IMG/VR virus record: IMGVR_UViG_3300017978_000092
Span: 1-30,881 of that record
Source: a virus
Taxonomy: Duplodnaviria; Caudoviricetes
Direction: 5' to 3' (one strand)
DNA length: 30,881 nucleotides
Shown here: piece by piece, positions 9,553-18,228 of the stretch
How the letters are laid out: every line of letters begins with the position of its first letter
Numbering within the stretch: the stretch's first letter is position 1
Notes under the pieces: model-generated
The model's database searches: none
What the model was told of the DNA's origin: nothing
Seen by the model: the letters and a program-made list of their open reading frames with translations, nothing else
Position numbers and translations under genes: made by a program

Positions 9553-9586
9553 TATAAAATAACTTTGCTTTGCTATTTATTATCGA
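9553..9586 (+). promoter_or_regulatory. Putative late promoter, copy 3 (TATAAA-N15-TATTTATTATCGA)
   Basis: Immediately after the terminator and abutting ATG 9586. Confidence 0.55.
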
Positions 9587-9972
9587 TGATTCATTTCACT
9601 AAAGGACAAACGACGAAAATAGTAGTGACGCTAAAGGAGAAGCAAACCCTTTCGGCGCCTAATTACTTATTCTATTTCACGTCCAGAGCGACTGGCGATA
9701 CAAAGGCTTTTGTGCTTTTAAATAACGCGGATGTATCGAATTTTAAAGATCGATTCAACGCTTTTAATGTAGCGACAAATAGCTATTTCGCTAACTATGA
9801 CAGCGGAGAATATACTTATGCTATATATGAGCAGACTTCAAGCTCAAATTTAGATCCTACTTTAGCTACTGGATTGCTGGAAGTGGGGCAAATGTCGCTT
9901 AAAAACTCGACAGAATTTGAGTTCACGACATACAACCAAACGAATAATACCTTTATAGTGCGCGATATATGA
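9586..9972 (+). CDS. Small beta-rich virion protein (head-closure or Ig-like)
   Basis: Start revised to ATG 9586 because the longer call runs through the terminator; G.Y.Y.IYEQ.S..NLDP...G..E.G motif. Confidence 0.6.
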   Translation: MIHFTKGQTTKIVVTLKEKQTLSAPNYLFYFTSRATGDTKAFVLLNNADVSNFKDRFNAFNVATNSYFANYDSGEYTYAIYEQTSSSNLDPTLATGLLEVGQMSLKNSTEFEFTTYNQTNNTFIVRDI

Positions 9973-11948
9973 GCAATACAACGAATTTCTTGAACGTCCT
10001 TACCTTTGCGGAGGCCAGACAGCCAGAATACCAAGAGAAAAAAGGCGAGAATGGTGGGTACATTGAGTTTGGAAAAAAGAATGATTACCCGAATTACCTG
10101 GTAGATCTGTTTAGCAAGTCAGCTAAGCATAACGCGATCATTAAAAGTAAGGTAAATTACATCACTGGAAACGGTTTTAAGCCGATCGAAGAGACGGATC
10201 AGGTAGCTCAGGAGTTTATTGATAAGCCAAACCCTTTCGAGTCACTTAATGACATCCTAAAAAAGGTATCGACAGACGTCGAATTATTCGGTGGCGCTTA
10301 TCTTCAAGTTATCTGGAGCCAAACCGGTGGACAGATTGCTGAGGTTTATCACTTGGACTATACAAAGGTTCGCACGAATGACGATAATACTCAGTTCTGG
10401 TATTCTGAAAACTGGCAAGATTCAAAATATAAGCGCTCAATTTACAACGCGTTTAATGACAAGCTCCCAGTAGGGACACAGATCCTTTACTTAAAAGAAT
10501 ACCGTCCGAATCTTTCGGCTTATTCTTTGCCTGGTTATATCGGAGCCTTGAATTATATCGAGTCTGACATCGAAGTATCTAAGCACGTCTTAGGAAATGC
10601 TCAGACTGGATTCAGTGCTTCTAAATTAATCACGCTTCCAAACGGAGAGCCTCAAGACGAAGAGAAGAGAATCGTAGAGCGTAAATTTACAGATCGTTTC
10701 TCTGGATCCGATGGCAAGAAGTTCATTCTTTCATTTGTGAACGATGCTTCAAGAAAGCCGATTATTGAGGACTTAGGAGCTTCAGATATTACAAAGGAGG
10801 ATTTTGCGAATGTCGATAAAATCATTGAGAAAAACGTGTACGCTGGACACCAGATCACGTCTCCAGATTTATTCGGTATCTCGACACCTGGTCAATTAGG
10901 ATCACGCCAGCAAATGCGCGATTCATACGAGATCTTTAAAAATACCTACGTCAATGATAAGCAAATATATCAGGAACAAGTATTCAGTTTACTTGCCAAA
11001 TTACGCGGTGCTATCGATGGGTTACAAATAATCCCAGTCGAGCCGATCGGTATGGAGTTCTCTGAAGCTACGATCGCGCAGAACTTAACAAAAGACGAGA
11101 TCCGTGAAAAACTAGGAGCTCCTAAATTAGAGGCTAAGACTTCTGGAACTTCTCAGGATGTGATCGATGCGATCAATAGCTTATCGCCATTAGTAGCAAA
11201 CAAGGTACTTGAGTCCATGACTCCAAATGAAGTCCGGGCCCTGGTAGGCTTAACAGAAGAAAAGGGAGGAAGCGAGCTAGAATGCGTCGCTCCTTCTGCT
11301 ACTAATTTACGATTCAGCGAAGATGATATCATCTCGATCTTTGATCAGTTCGGAGAGTCAAAAGAAAATTATTCAGTATTTCGCACGAGAGACACGTTCT
11401 CTGCCTTGCCTAATGACTTGGAAGAGTCGATGAATTTAGACTTTGCTACGCAAGAATTGACACGTCTAGAGGCGAATGTATTGGACCTGATCCAGAAGGA
11501 TAAGCGAATCACTCCAGAGATAATCTCAGGCACGATCAAAACGGACCTGGCGATCATTAATAAAATCATGGACTCCTTAGAGGAGCGCGGATTAATTAAA
11601 TCCACAAATGTAAAGGGAAACGTCGAGAGAGTTTTGACTTCTCCGCTTTCTGAGATCACTGATACGAAGCCATCGACAAGAAGCTTCATGGTCCGTTATT
11701 CTTACGAGTGGAGATCATCGATCCCAGCAGGACAGAGAAACACAGCAGCGCATCCAAGCAGACAATTCTGTGCGCGCTTGATGCAATTAGATAAGCTATA
11801 CACCAGGGCAGAGATCGAAGCGATCAGCTTGCGCCTAGGTTATTCAGTATTTGATCGTCGCGGTGGCTGGTGGACTATGCCAGACGGAGAACACTCTCCT
11901 TCTTGCCGCCACGTCTGGGCTTCTCAGGTAGTAATTAAAAAAGGATAA
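9969..11948 (+). CDS. Portal protein with C-terminal wHTH and MuF-like Cys domains
   Basis: FG..NDYP.YL..L...S..HNAII..K...I.GNG, D.ELFGG.Y and H.ITSP.LFGI portal motifs; ~270-aa C-terminal extension. Confidence 0.8.
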   Translation: MSNTTNFLNVLTFAEARQPEYQEKKGENGGYIEFGKKNDYPNYLVDLFSKSAKHNAIIKSKVNYITGNGFKPIEETDQVAQEFIDKPNPFESLNDILKKVSTDVELFGGAYLQVIWSQTGGQIAEVYHLDYTKVRTNDDNTQFWYSENWQDSKYKRSIYNAFNDKLPVGTQILYLKEYRPNLSAYSLPGYIGALNYIESDIEVSKHVLGNAQTGFSASKLITLPNGEPQDEEKRIVERKFTDRFSGSDGKKFILSFVNDASRKPIIEDLGASDITKEDFANVDKIIEKNVYAGHQITSPDLFGISTPGQLGSRQQMRDSYEIFKNTYVNDKQIYQEQVFSLLAKLRGAIDGLQIIPVEPIGMEFSEATIAQNLTKDEIREKLGAPKLEAKTSGTSQDVIDAINSLSPLVANKVLESMTPNEVRALVGLTEEKGGSELECVAPSATNLRFSEDDIISIFDQFGESKENYSVFRTRDTFSALPNDLEESMNLDFATQELTRLEANVLDLIQKDKRITPEIISGTIKTDLAIINKIMDSLEERGLIKSTNVKGNVERVLTSPLSEITDTKPSTRSFMVRYSYEWRSSIPAGQRNTAAHPSRQFCARLMQLDKLYTRAEIEAISLRLGYSVFDRRGGWWTMPDGEHSPSCRHVWASQVVIKKG

Positions 11949-11951
11949 GGA

Positions 11952-12533
11952 ATGAAAAATATCTGCTTTATAAACGTAAACACGATCAAGGAAAGAAGCG
12001 CGCTTCATTCTAATGTCGATGACAAATTGATCCTTCCGGAAATCCTAACAGCTCAAGACATGTTCTTATTGCCTGCTTTAGGAACGGCTTTATATGATCG
12101 CTTGCAGGATGGAATCGAAAATAATAATTTGACAGCGGACGAGGTGGACTTACTAGATAATTTCATCACGAATCCTTTGGTCTATTACACACTTTCGGAG
12201 CTTCCGGTGGGATTGTCTTACCAGTTCTATAATAAGGGCTTAGTGCGCAAAACAAGCGACAATACAGACACGCCAAACATGCAGGATCTGATCGATGTCG
12301 CATCAAGATATAGAACGCGCGCGGAGTTTTACACTCAGCGTCTGATCAAACACTTGAAACAAGTCTCTTCGACTACTGATAAATTCCAGGAATACGTTAA
12401 TTATGGATCAGGAGTAGATATCATCAAGCCGGATCACGACGCTTACCAAGCTTCGATCTGGTTAGGCGATGAATATGGCTGTAAGCCTATGAGTTTCGAG
12501 GAAAGATACCAGGGCGAAAACGGACTTTGCTAA
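11952..12533 (+). CDS. Head-tail adaptor protein
   Basis: Follows portal; NVD.KL..P.I..AQD..L.P.LGT.LY..L motif. Confidence 0.65.
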   Translation: MKNICFINVNTIKERSALHSNVDDKLILPEILTAQDMFLLPALGTALYDRLQDGIENNNLTADEVDLLDNFITNPLVYYTLSELPVGLSYQFYNKGLVRKTSDNTDTPNMQDLIDVASRYRTRAEFYTQRLIKHLKQVSSTTDKFQEYVNYGSGVDIIKPDHDAYQASIWLGDEYGCKPMSFEERYQGENGLC

Positions 12534-12545
12534 AACAAAAAAGAT

Positions 12546-12659
12546 ATGCCGAAAGCTTATAGCACAAAAAATATCAAGAAATTAGAAGTTTACCTAGCGA
12601 CGCAACAAAATGGCAATCAAACAGCTGACATTAAATCAAACAATCAAGCTAATAAGTGA
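12546..12659 (+). CDS. Small 37-aa peptide MPKAYSTKNIKKLEVYLA...
   Basis: ATG after an A-rich leader; fills the gap between adaptor and tail terminator; too short for the ORF track. Confidence 0.45.
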   Translation: MPKAYSTKNIKKLEVYLATQQNGNQTADIKSNNQANK

Positions 12660-13068
12660 TTTAGCCTCCGCGCATGAGCAGATAAATACTGTTTATTTCG
12701 GGGATGTATGGGAGTTTTTAAACCAGGCCGATAATGTTTATCCGGCGATGTTCTATTCTTTGACTGGATCGTCGATTGCAGGAAAGGAATTATCACTTAA
12801 TTTCTCACTTTACTTCCTAGATCGACAGCTCCAGGACGAATCAAATGAAAACGACGTTCTATCGGATCAGCTATTGATCGCGCAGGACATCGTCTCTATG
12901 ATGAGATATCCTAAGTTTGACTGGGAGATCGGCGATAGTGTAAATCTAGAATTTTTTACAGAGAAGGAAGAGGACTATTTGGCTGGCGTAAAGGCAGACG
13001 TGACTGTTTCCTTCCCTATGCTATCCGATCGCTGTCAGGTTCCTACAAATTTTAATTATCCTAACTAA
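12610..13068 (+). CDS. Putative tail terminator/completion protein
   Basis: Acidic, 152 aa; H.QI..V.FGD, YP.M and E..VLSD.L.I..D motifs; position after adaptor. Confidence 0.6.
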   Translation: MAIKQLTLNQTIKLISDLASAHEQINTVYFGDVWEFLNQADNVYPAMFYSLTGSSIAGKELSLNFSLYFLDRQLQDESNENDVLSDQLLIAQDIVSMMRYPKFDWEIGDSVNLEFFTEKEEDYLAGVKADVTVSFPMLSDRCQVPTNFNYPN

Positions 13069-14900
13069 TGGCAAATAAAAAAGTAAGTCAATTAACCAGT
13101 AAGCCCTCAGTCCTAGTCACTGATTTATTCCCTATTGCAGATCCTTCAACTGGTCAGCTTTACAAGACTACTATTTCAGATTTAGGAACTGCTATCGGTT
13201 CGGGTGTAAGCTCAGTAAACGGATTAGTCGGAGCGGTGGTCTTAGATACGGACGACATCCAGGAGCTAGTTAGTCCGACTAACAAATGGTTTACAGATAC
13301 AAGAGCAAGAGCGGCGATAAGTGCCGGTACTGGTATCTCTTATAACTCTGGTACTGGTGTAATTACTAACGCTGTAACCAGCGGACAAATTGCTATTGCT
13401 TTAGGATATACGCCAGCTAATCCAGCTAACGTAGTGCCTTACACTGGGGCAACTGGAGCAGTAAATTTAGGAGCTTTTAATTTAACGGTAAATACTTTAA
13501 CGGTTGGTATTGGCTCAGGAAATATATCTACAAATACCGTTTTAGGATACGAAGCTTTATTAGCAAATACAACTGGTTATAGTAATGTAGCGATAGGATG
13601 GCGATCATTAAAGGCTAATACTATTGGAAACAATAATACTGCAATTGGAGAGAGTGCTATGATTTCCGCAATTAGTGGAGACAATAATACTGCAATTGGA
13701 GGATTTGTTTTAAACTCACTTACAACTGGTTCTAGTAATACTATTATGGGTCAAAACTCTGGCTCGACTATTACAACTGGAAGTCTTAATACAATAATTG
13801 GAGCAGTAAATACAAGTGGGATAACTACTGGTTCATTTAATACAATTTTGGGTGCACAAATTTCTGGACTATCTACTTCTTTAGCTAATAATATTATAAT
13901 CGCAGATGGCCAAGGTAATATAAAATATAGATGGGATGGTACAACAAATAATCTTTTTGGATCAACTACTCTTAGCAGCACTTTAAATGGTACAAATGCA
14001 ATATTTACAAGCACATTAAAAAATAAAACATCACTTGAAATAACTTCTACTAGCACATCAGCGGTAACAAGTTCAATTTTTTTAGGTACTAATGCTTCTG
14101 GATTATATGGAAGTTCTATAAAAGTTAATTCTAATTATGCAGTTAGTAATTCAACAGATTTAATTTTTCAAGTTTCAAATGCTGGAACGACAGTTACTGC
14201 CGCTAATTTTTCTAATTTAGGGGCTTTTACATTAGGAAGTATTTCTGGTCAAGGAACTGGAAGCTTCTTTGCGGCAACTGCAACAATTGGAAATTTCACT
14301 CCGATTGCAGATGCTTTATTACCAGTACAAATTAATGCAGTAGCAACAACTGGACAAGCATATTTTGCCGCAAATAATGGAGGGACTTATGGATTGTTAA
14401 TTGGTTACGATAATGTTAATGGAATTGCAAGAATAAGAAATGTTTCAAATACTTCTTTAACTTTTGAAACAAGTAATACTGAACAAATGAGAATAATCAG
14501 TAATGGTAATATAAATCTTAATAGTACAGTTTATGGGAATACGGCTACAGCGGTAGCTCGAATACTTTACATAGGAAGTGATTATCGTATTGGAGGCTTA
14601 GCATCAGTTAGAAAATCAAAAAAGAATATAGAAAATATATCAAATGTAGATTGGATTTATAATCTTAATCCAGTTACTTTTAATTATCGCAAAAAGGACG
14701 CAGATGAAAAATTTACAGAAGATGTTTATGATGAATTAGTCTATGGATTAATTGCAGAAGATACGCAACCTATCGCAGATTTTTTAGTTAATTATAATGA
14801 TAAAAATGAAATGGTAGGTATTGAATATATGAGATTAATTACTCCAATGCTTAAAGCAATACAAGATTTGAAACAAGAAATCAATTATTTAAAAAATTAA
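13068..14900 (+). CDS. Tail fibre/receptor-binding protein with C-terminal intramolecular chaperone (peptidase S74-like)
   Basis: MANKKVSQL start, VSSVNGLVGAV and ALGYTP motifs, 17-aa N(T/V)AIG repeats; C-terminal S..K.KKNI..I..L.PV.F.Y...GLIAED...KAIQDL. Confidence 0.85.
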   Translation: MANKKVSQLTSKPSVLVTDLFPIADPSTGQLYKTTISDLGTAIGSGVSSVNGLVGAVVLDTDDIQELVSPTNKWFTDTRARAAISAGTGISYNSGTGVITNAVTSGQIAIALGYTPANPANVVPYTGATGAVNLGAFNLTVNTLTVGIGSGNISTNTVLGYEALLANTTGYSNVAIGWRSLKANTIGNNNTAIGESAMISAISGDNNTAIGGFVLNSLTTGSSNTIMGQNSGSTITTGSLNTIIGAVNTSGITTGSFNTILGAQISGLSTSLANNIIIADGQGNIKYRWDGTTNNLFGSTTLSSTLNGTNAIFTSTLKNKTSLEITSTSTSAVTSSIFLGTNASGLYGSSIKVNSNYAVSNSTDLIFQVSNAGTTVTAANFSNLGAFTLGSISGQGTGSFFAATATIGNFTPIADALLPVQINAVATTGQAYFAANNGGTYGLLIGYDNVNGIARIRNVSNTSLTFETSNTEQMRIISNGNINLNSTVYGNTATAVARILYIGSDYRIGGLASVRKSKKNIENISNVDWIYNLNPVTFNYRKKDADEKFTEDVYDELVYGLIAEDTQPIADFLVNYNDKNEMVGIEYMRLITPMLKAIQDLKQEINYLKN

Positions 14901-14920
14901 ACATTTAGCATTTTTGCTAT

Positions 14921-14930
14921 CTATTTATAG
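14921..14930 (+). promoter_or_regulatory. Partial late-promoter motif CTATTTATAG
   Basis: Core TATTTATA in the intergenic region before the lysis block. Confidence 0.4.
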
Positions 14931-14955
14931 ATTAATAAATTAAACAAACCAAACG

Positions 14956-15225
14956 ATGAAATTAAATTTCAATTTTGACCTTTTAGGTTTAGATGAGCAA
15001 CCGATCGAGGGGGCGAATGCAAGTAAATTATTAGCGAACGCTTTAGCCCATGGATCCAAAGGCGATGCCTTAAAGTTCTGGGATTGGGCGGTAAGCTTAA
15101 ACAAGGGAGAAGTTCTTGACTTGGATTCATCCGATCAAGAAACGATCAAAAATTTTATTAAGGATTCTGAAGGTTTCACGATCCTAGCGAAAGCGCAATT
15201 ATTACAAGTTTTGAAAAAAGACTAA
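14956..15225 (+). CDS. Hypothetical protein (possible fibre-associated chaperone)
   Basis: 89-aa ORF with a good A-rich leader, directly after the fibre gene. Confidence 0.6.
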   Translation: MKLNFNFDLLGLDEQPIEGANASKLLANALAHGSKGDALKFWDWAVSLNKGEVLDLDSSDQETIKNFIKDSEGFTILAKAQLLQVLKKD

Positions 15226-15546
15226 TTGATGGAAGTTAATGACATTCTTGGGCAATCTGTAACGGGTGCCATCGCTGCATTGATAGGCTGGATAGTAGGA
15301 AGGCGCAAAGAGAAAGCGGACCTTAATACAATCGAATTAGAGCAGACCACAAAAGCGATCGAGATCTGGAGACAGATGGCTCAAGAAATGTCTGACAAAG
15401 TGAAGGAGCTTAGCGATAAGATCGACATCTTAACTGCTGAGGTCCACTCTTTAAAATCCGAGAATTCAAACCTGAAAACCAAACTAGGAATAATTGATGA
15501 AAGTCACGAAGATAAGCCAAAGCCTACCAGGTCACGGAAATCTTAA
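15226..15546 (+). CDS. Holin-like membrane protein (N-terminal TM plus coiled coil)
   Basis: TGAIAALIGWIVG followed by RRK and a coiled coil; directly upstream of endolysin; start may be ATG 15229. Confidence 0.5.
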   Translation: MMEVNDILGQSVTGAIAALIGWIVGRRKEKADLNTIELEQTTKAIEIWRQMAQEMSDKVKELSDKIDILTAEVHSLKSENSNLKTKLGIIDESHEDKPKPTRSRKS

Positions 15547-15573
15547 TTAATTATACCTTTATATTCTAACCAA

Positions 15574-15993
15574 ATGGTCACTTCACAGCAAGCGCTTAAA
15601 AAGTACGGCCCAGCATCGGATTCAAATCCTAACCTAGTTCTTTGGGATGTGCCTACAAACCTAGAAATAGGACTGATCCCTAAAAGAATCTATTGCAATA
15701 AAGATTTAATTGGTCCGCTATCCCTGGCATTTAAAAAATTGATTGACACTGGATCAGTAAAAGAATTGAAGACTTGGGACGGGTGCTTCAATATCAGAAA
15801 GAAGCGCGGTCTTGCCTCAATGTCATTACACTCCTGGGCTATCGCAATAGATGTAAACGCCTTCGAGAATGGATTAGGACAGACGCCTAAATTATCTAAT
15901 AAATTTGTAGAATGTTTTACAAGCTCAGGCTTTGACTGGGGTGGAACTTGGACGCGAAAGGATGGCATGCACTTTCAACTTAGCAAAATATGA
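15574..15993 (+). CDS. Endolysin, M15-family Zn peptidase (L-Ala-D-Glu type)
   Basis: GCFNIR, S.HSWAIAIDVN, WGG.W and DGMHFQL motifs. Confidence 0.9.
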   Translation: MVTSQQALKKYGPASDSNPNLVLWDVPTNLEIGLIPKRIYCNKDLIGPLSLAFKKLIDTGSVKELKTWDGCFNIRKKRGLASMSLHSWAIAIDVNAFENGLGQTPKLSNKFVECFTSSGFDWGGTWTRKDGMHFQLSKI

Positions 15994-16436
15994 AAAAATT
16001 ACTTATTCTTTTGGCTTCTGTGGCATTCTTTTCTTGCAAGCAGACAAAGACTCTGACCGAGTATAAAGAAACGCTTAGAATCGATACTATAAAAAGCGAG
16101 AAGATAGTAGAAAAATTTAGAGCGGTCCACGATACGCTCACGATCTCGAATCCTTGCGACTCTTCTGGGATCCTTTCTTCTTTTTATTCCAGGTTAATTC
16201 TTCCTAATGGATCAGTGACGATCAAGTCCGACAAGGGCCAGATCAGAGCTACGATCGACATCGATTCGATGCGCCAGGAGATCGAGAATAATTACCGAAA
16301 CTCTCAAGTGAAATGGATCGAATACAGAGACAAGGAAGTGATCAAGTATCGGGTTCCTACCTGGGTGGTCATGCTACTATTCGCGGAGGCTGTCATGTTG
16401 ATCGCTTATATTTATCTTAAATTCGGCTTAAAATAG
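15990..16436 (+). CDS. Unimolecular-spanin-like lipoprotein
   Basis: Lipoprotein signal MKKLLILLASVAFFS-C plus C-terminal TM (WVVMLLFAEAVMLIAYIYL); follows endolysin. Confidence 0.7.
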   Translation: MKKLLILLASVAFFSCKQTKTLTEYKETLRIDTIKSEKIVEKFRAVHDTLTISNPCDSSGILSSFYSRLILPNGSVTIKSDKGQIRATIDIDSMRQEIENNYRNSQVKWIEYRDKEVIKYRVPTWVVMLLFAEAVMLIAYIYLKFGLK

Positions 16437-16630
16437 TGTATCAAATAGACATCGAAGGAATCGAAAATCCCCAAAATAAAACTAGCCAGCTATTGCAGAC
16501 TATGCTCGACGTAATGGAATCCATTGAGCAGATCGACGATGCTGGCTTTGTGCTTCGCATGAAGCTATTAAATAACATTGAGTTCCTGGTGGACCAATTA
16601 ATGGAAGAATATGAACAAGGAAAACGATAA
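16436..16630 (+). CDS. Hypothetical acidic protein
   Basis: 64-aa ORF with GTG start, coupled to both neighbours. Confidence 0.55.
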   Translation: MYQIDIEGIENPQNKTSQLLQTMLDVMESIEQIDDAGFVLRMKLLNNIEFLVDQLMEEYEQGKR

Positions 16631-17603
16631 GGCAGAAGCAATCAAGAAACACTTCTACTCTACCAATATGACACGCGCAGATTTTGAGCGTGAAAACTGG
16701 GAGAATTACGGATACAAAGACATGTCTACCTTTCATCGCCAGATGACTAGATACGGGATATCTGTCCAAGATCGATCTGATTACTTTAAAAAGACTAGAC
16801 CAATCGCGAAGATCGAATCATTCAACCTGGATGAGATTGATAGCTTTGGAATCGAGCCAGGGATCGGGAAAGAATACACCAGTGCGCGCCTTCCTGAGCA
16901 CTTAAAAAAGATCGGGATCCTATCTGACATTCACGTTCCTTTTCACTCCTTAGAAGCGCTTACCTGCGCGATAAAATATCTGAAAGAGCAAGAGATCGAC
17001 TGCCTTTATTTGAACGGCGATACGTTCGACTTCTATTCTATATCCAGGCACGAGAAGGAAAAAGATCTCAGAGACTTTCCGCGCGAGATCGAGATGGCTA
17101 GAAACTTTCTTCAGAAGCTTCGCGACATATTCCCTTTGATTCCGATCTACTTCAAGGCAGGAAATCACGAGAATCGCTTCCAGCGCTATCTGTTTAGCCA
17201 GGCTGAAGAGTTCGCTGGCCTCCACGAATTGCAGTTCGATAAGTTCTTCCGTATGGATCACTTGAAAATCGAATGGGTGGAAGACTGGCAAGGTATGGAA
17301 ATGGGCGATCTATTAGTCTGTCACGGTCACGAGCTCATGGCTGGAGGGATGAATCCTTCGCAAACGACGTTCAATAAAACTTTCTGCAATACTTTGATAG
17401 GTCACGTCCACAGAACGACGAGCACGATCAAGAAAAACGGCTTTAAAAAGTTCATTCATTCTTATTCGACTGGGTGCCTGACTCACTTATCGCCGAAATA
17501 CTATCCTTTTGCGCAGCACAATCACGGATTTGCACTGGTAGAAATAGAAGAAGGCAAGGCAAAAGTTCAGAATCTTATGATAAAAGACGGAAAAATTGTG
17601 TAG
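16611..17603 (+). CDS. Calcineurin-like metallophosphoesterase
   Basis: SDIH, GD.FD, GNHE, HGH and GHVH metal-binding motifs. Confidence 0.9.
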   Translation: MNKENDKAEAIKKHFYSTNMTRADFERENWENYGYKDMSTFHRQMTRYGISVQDRSDYFKKTRPIAKIESFNLDEIDSFGIEPGIGKEYTSARLPEHLKKIGILSDIHVPFHSLEALTCAIKYLKEQEIDCLYLNGDTFDFYSISRHEKEKDLRDFPREIEMARNFLQKLRDIFPLIPIYFKAGNHENRFQRYLFSQAEEFAGLHELQFDKFFRMDHLKIEWVEDWQGMEMGDLLVCHGHELMAGGMNPSQTTFNKTFCNTLIGHVHRTTSTIKKNGFKKFIHSYSTGCLTHLSPKYYPFAQHNHGFALVEIEEGKAKVQNLMIKDGKIV

Positions 17604-17608
17604 CTTTG
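17601..17608 (+). promoter_or_regulatory. Bacteroidota -7 promoter element TAGCTTTG
   Basis: Matches TAnnTTTG; would drive an ~75-nt ORF-less RNA ending at the terminator. Confidence 0.45.
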
Positions 17609-17611
17609 TAG

Positions 17612-17690
17612 AAATTAATTGTTTTTCATAGTGTTTTTATAGGTTTAGATGACATTAGAAAGCCCTGGGATCTTATCTCCGGGCTTTTTT
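17612..17690 (+). ncRNA. Candidate antisense sRNA against early-gene leaders
   Basis: Bounded by a promoter motif and a terminator; 17634-17651 is complementary to 17789-17806 and 18096-18113. Confidence 0.55.
17659..17690 (+). terminator. Rho-independent terminator ending the late/lysis block
   Basis: AAAGCCC-TGGGA..TCTCC-GGGCTTT plus T tract. Confidence 0.85.
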
Positions 17691-17749
17691 GTGCTTGAAA
17701 ATAATTTAAAAATAAATTTAAAATAATTTTTTAGTATCAAAAAAGGTAG

Positions 17750-17757
17750 TATCTTTG
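17750..17757 (+). promoter_or_regulatory. Bacteroidota -7 promoter TATCTTTG (probable main early promoter)
   Basis: Exact TAnnTTTG with a very AT-rich upstream tract at 17697-17732. Confidence 0.7.
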
Positions 17758-17799
17758 TCATGTAGTCAGCAACGAAGCAACTACAAAACATCTAAACTC

Positions 17800-18057
17800 A
17801 TGAAAATCAATCAAATTGCAGGATTAAATCGCCAAGCTAGAAAATTTTTATTAGCAAATTTAATTAGTGTAAAATCAGCCGAAGTTATGGGCTTGTATTT
17901 TAAGGGAAATATTAATGGGCGCTATGCTGAAGGAATTTCAATTATTAGAGAAAATGGCAAATGGATTATATTTTCAACAAAAGAACCTATTCAATCAATA
18001 TACGGTAATATAGAGTGCTTTATTACTACAAATAATACTTTTAATTCTTCAATATAA
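17800..18057 (+). CDS. Hypothetical early protein (AT-rich)
   Basis: Start revised to ATG 17800 because the TTG call lies inside the promoter; 85 aa. Confidence 0.6.
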   Translation: MKINQIAGLNRQARKFLLANLISVKSAEVMGLYFKGNINGRYAEGISIIRENGKWIIFSTKEPIQSIYGNIECFITTNNTFNSSI

Positions 18058-18106
18058 TCATCCGAACCAGAGCGGATTCTCTGGCAATCTTTAATCATCT
18101 AATTTT

Positions 18107-18217
18107 ATGAGAGAATTATTAAAAACAATCCCAGGATCTGAACTAGCCCAGGCTACTGTCCTAACGCTGATCGTGATCGGCATCTTATCAATCATCACAA
18201 TTATTTCAAACCTTTAA
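18107..18217 (+). CDS. Small single-TM membrane peptide (36 aa)
   Basis: MRELLKTIPGSELAQATVLTLIVIGILSIITIISNL; leader shares the CATCTAA motif. Confidence 0.6.
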   Translation: MRELLKTIPGSELAQATVLTLIVIGILSIITIISNL

Positions 18218-18228
18218 TTTTTATTATC

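Noticed and set aside
9508-9585. N-terminal extension of the 9508-9972 ORF
   Set aside because: It runs through the terminator and promoter motif; ATG 9586 is the plausible start.
17697-17732. AAAATAATTT-like repeats as repressor operators
   Set aside because: They are low-complexity AT sequence consistent with an UP-like element, and no repressor gene was identified.
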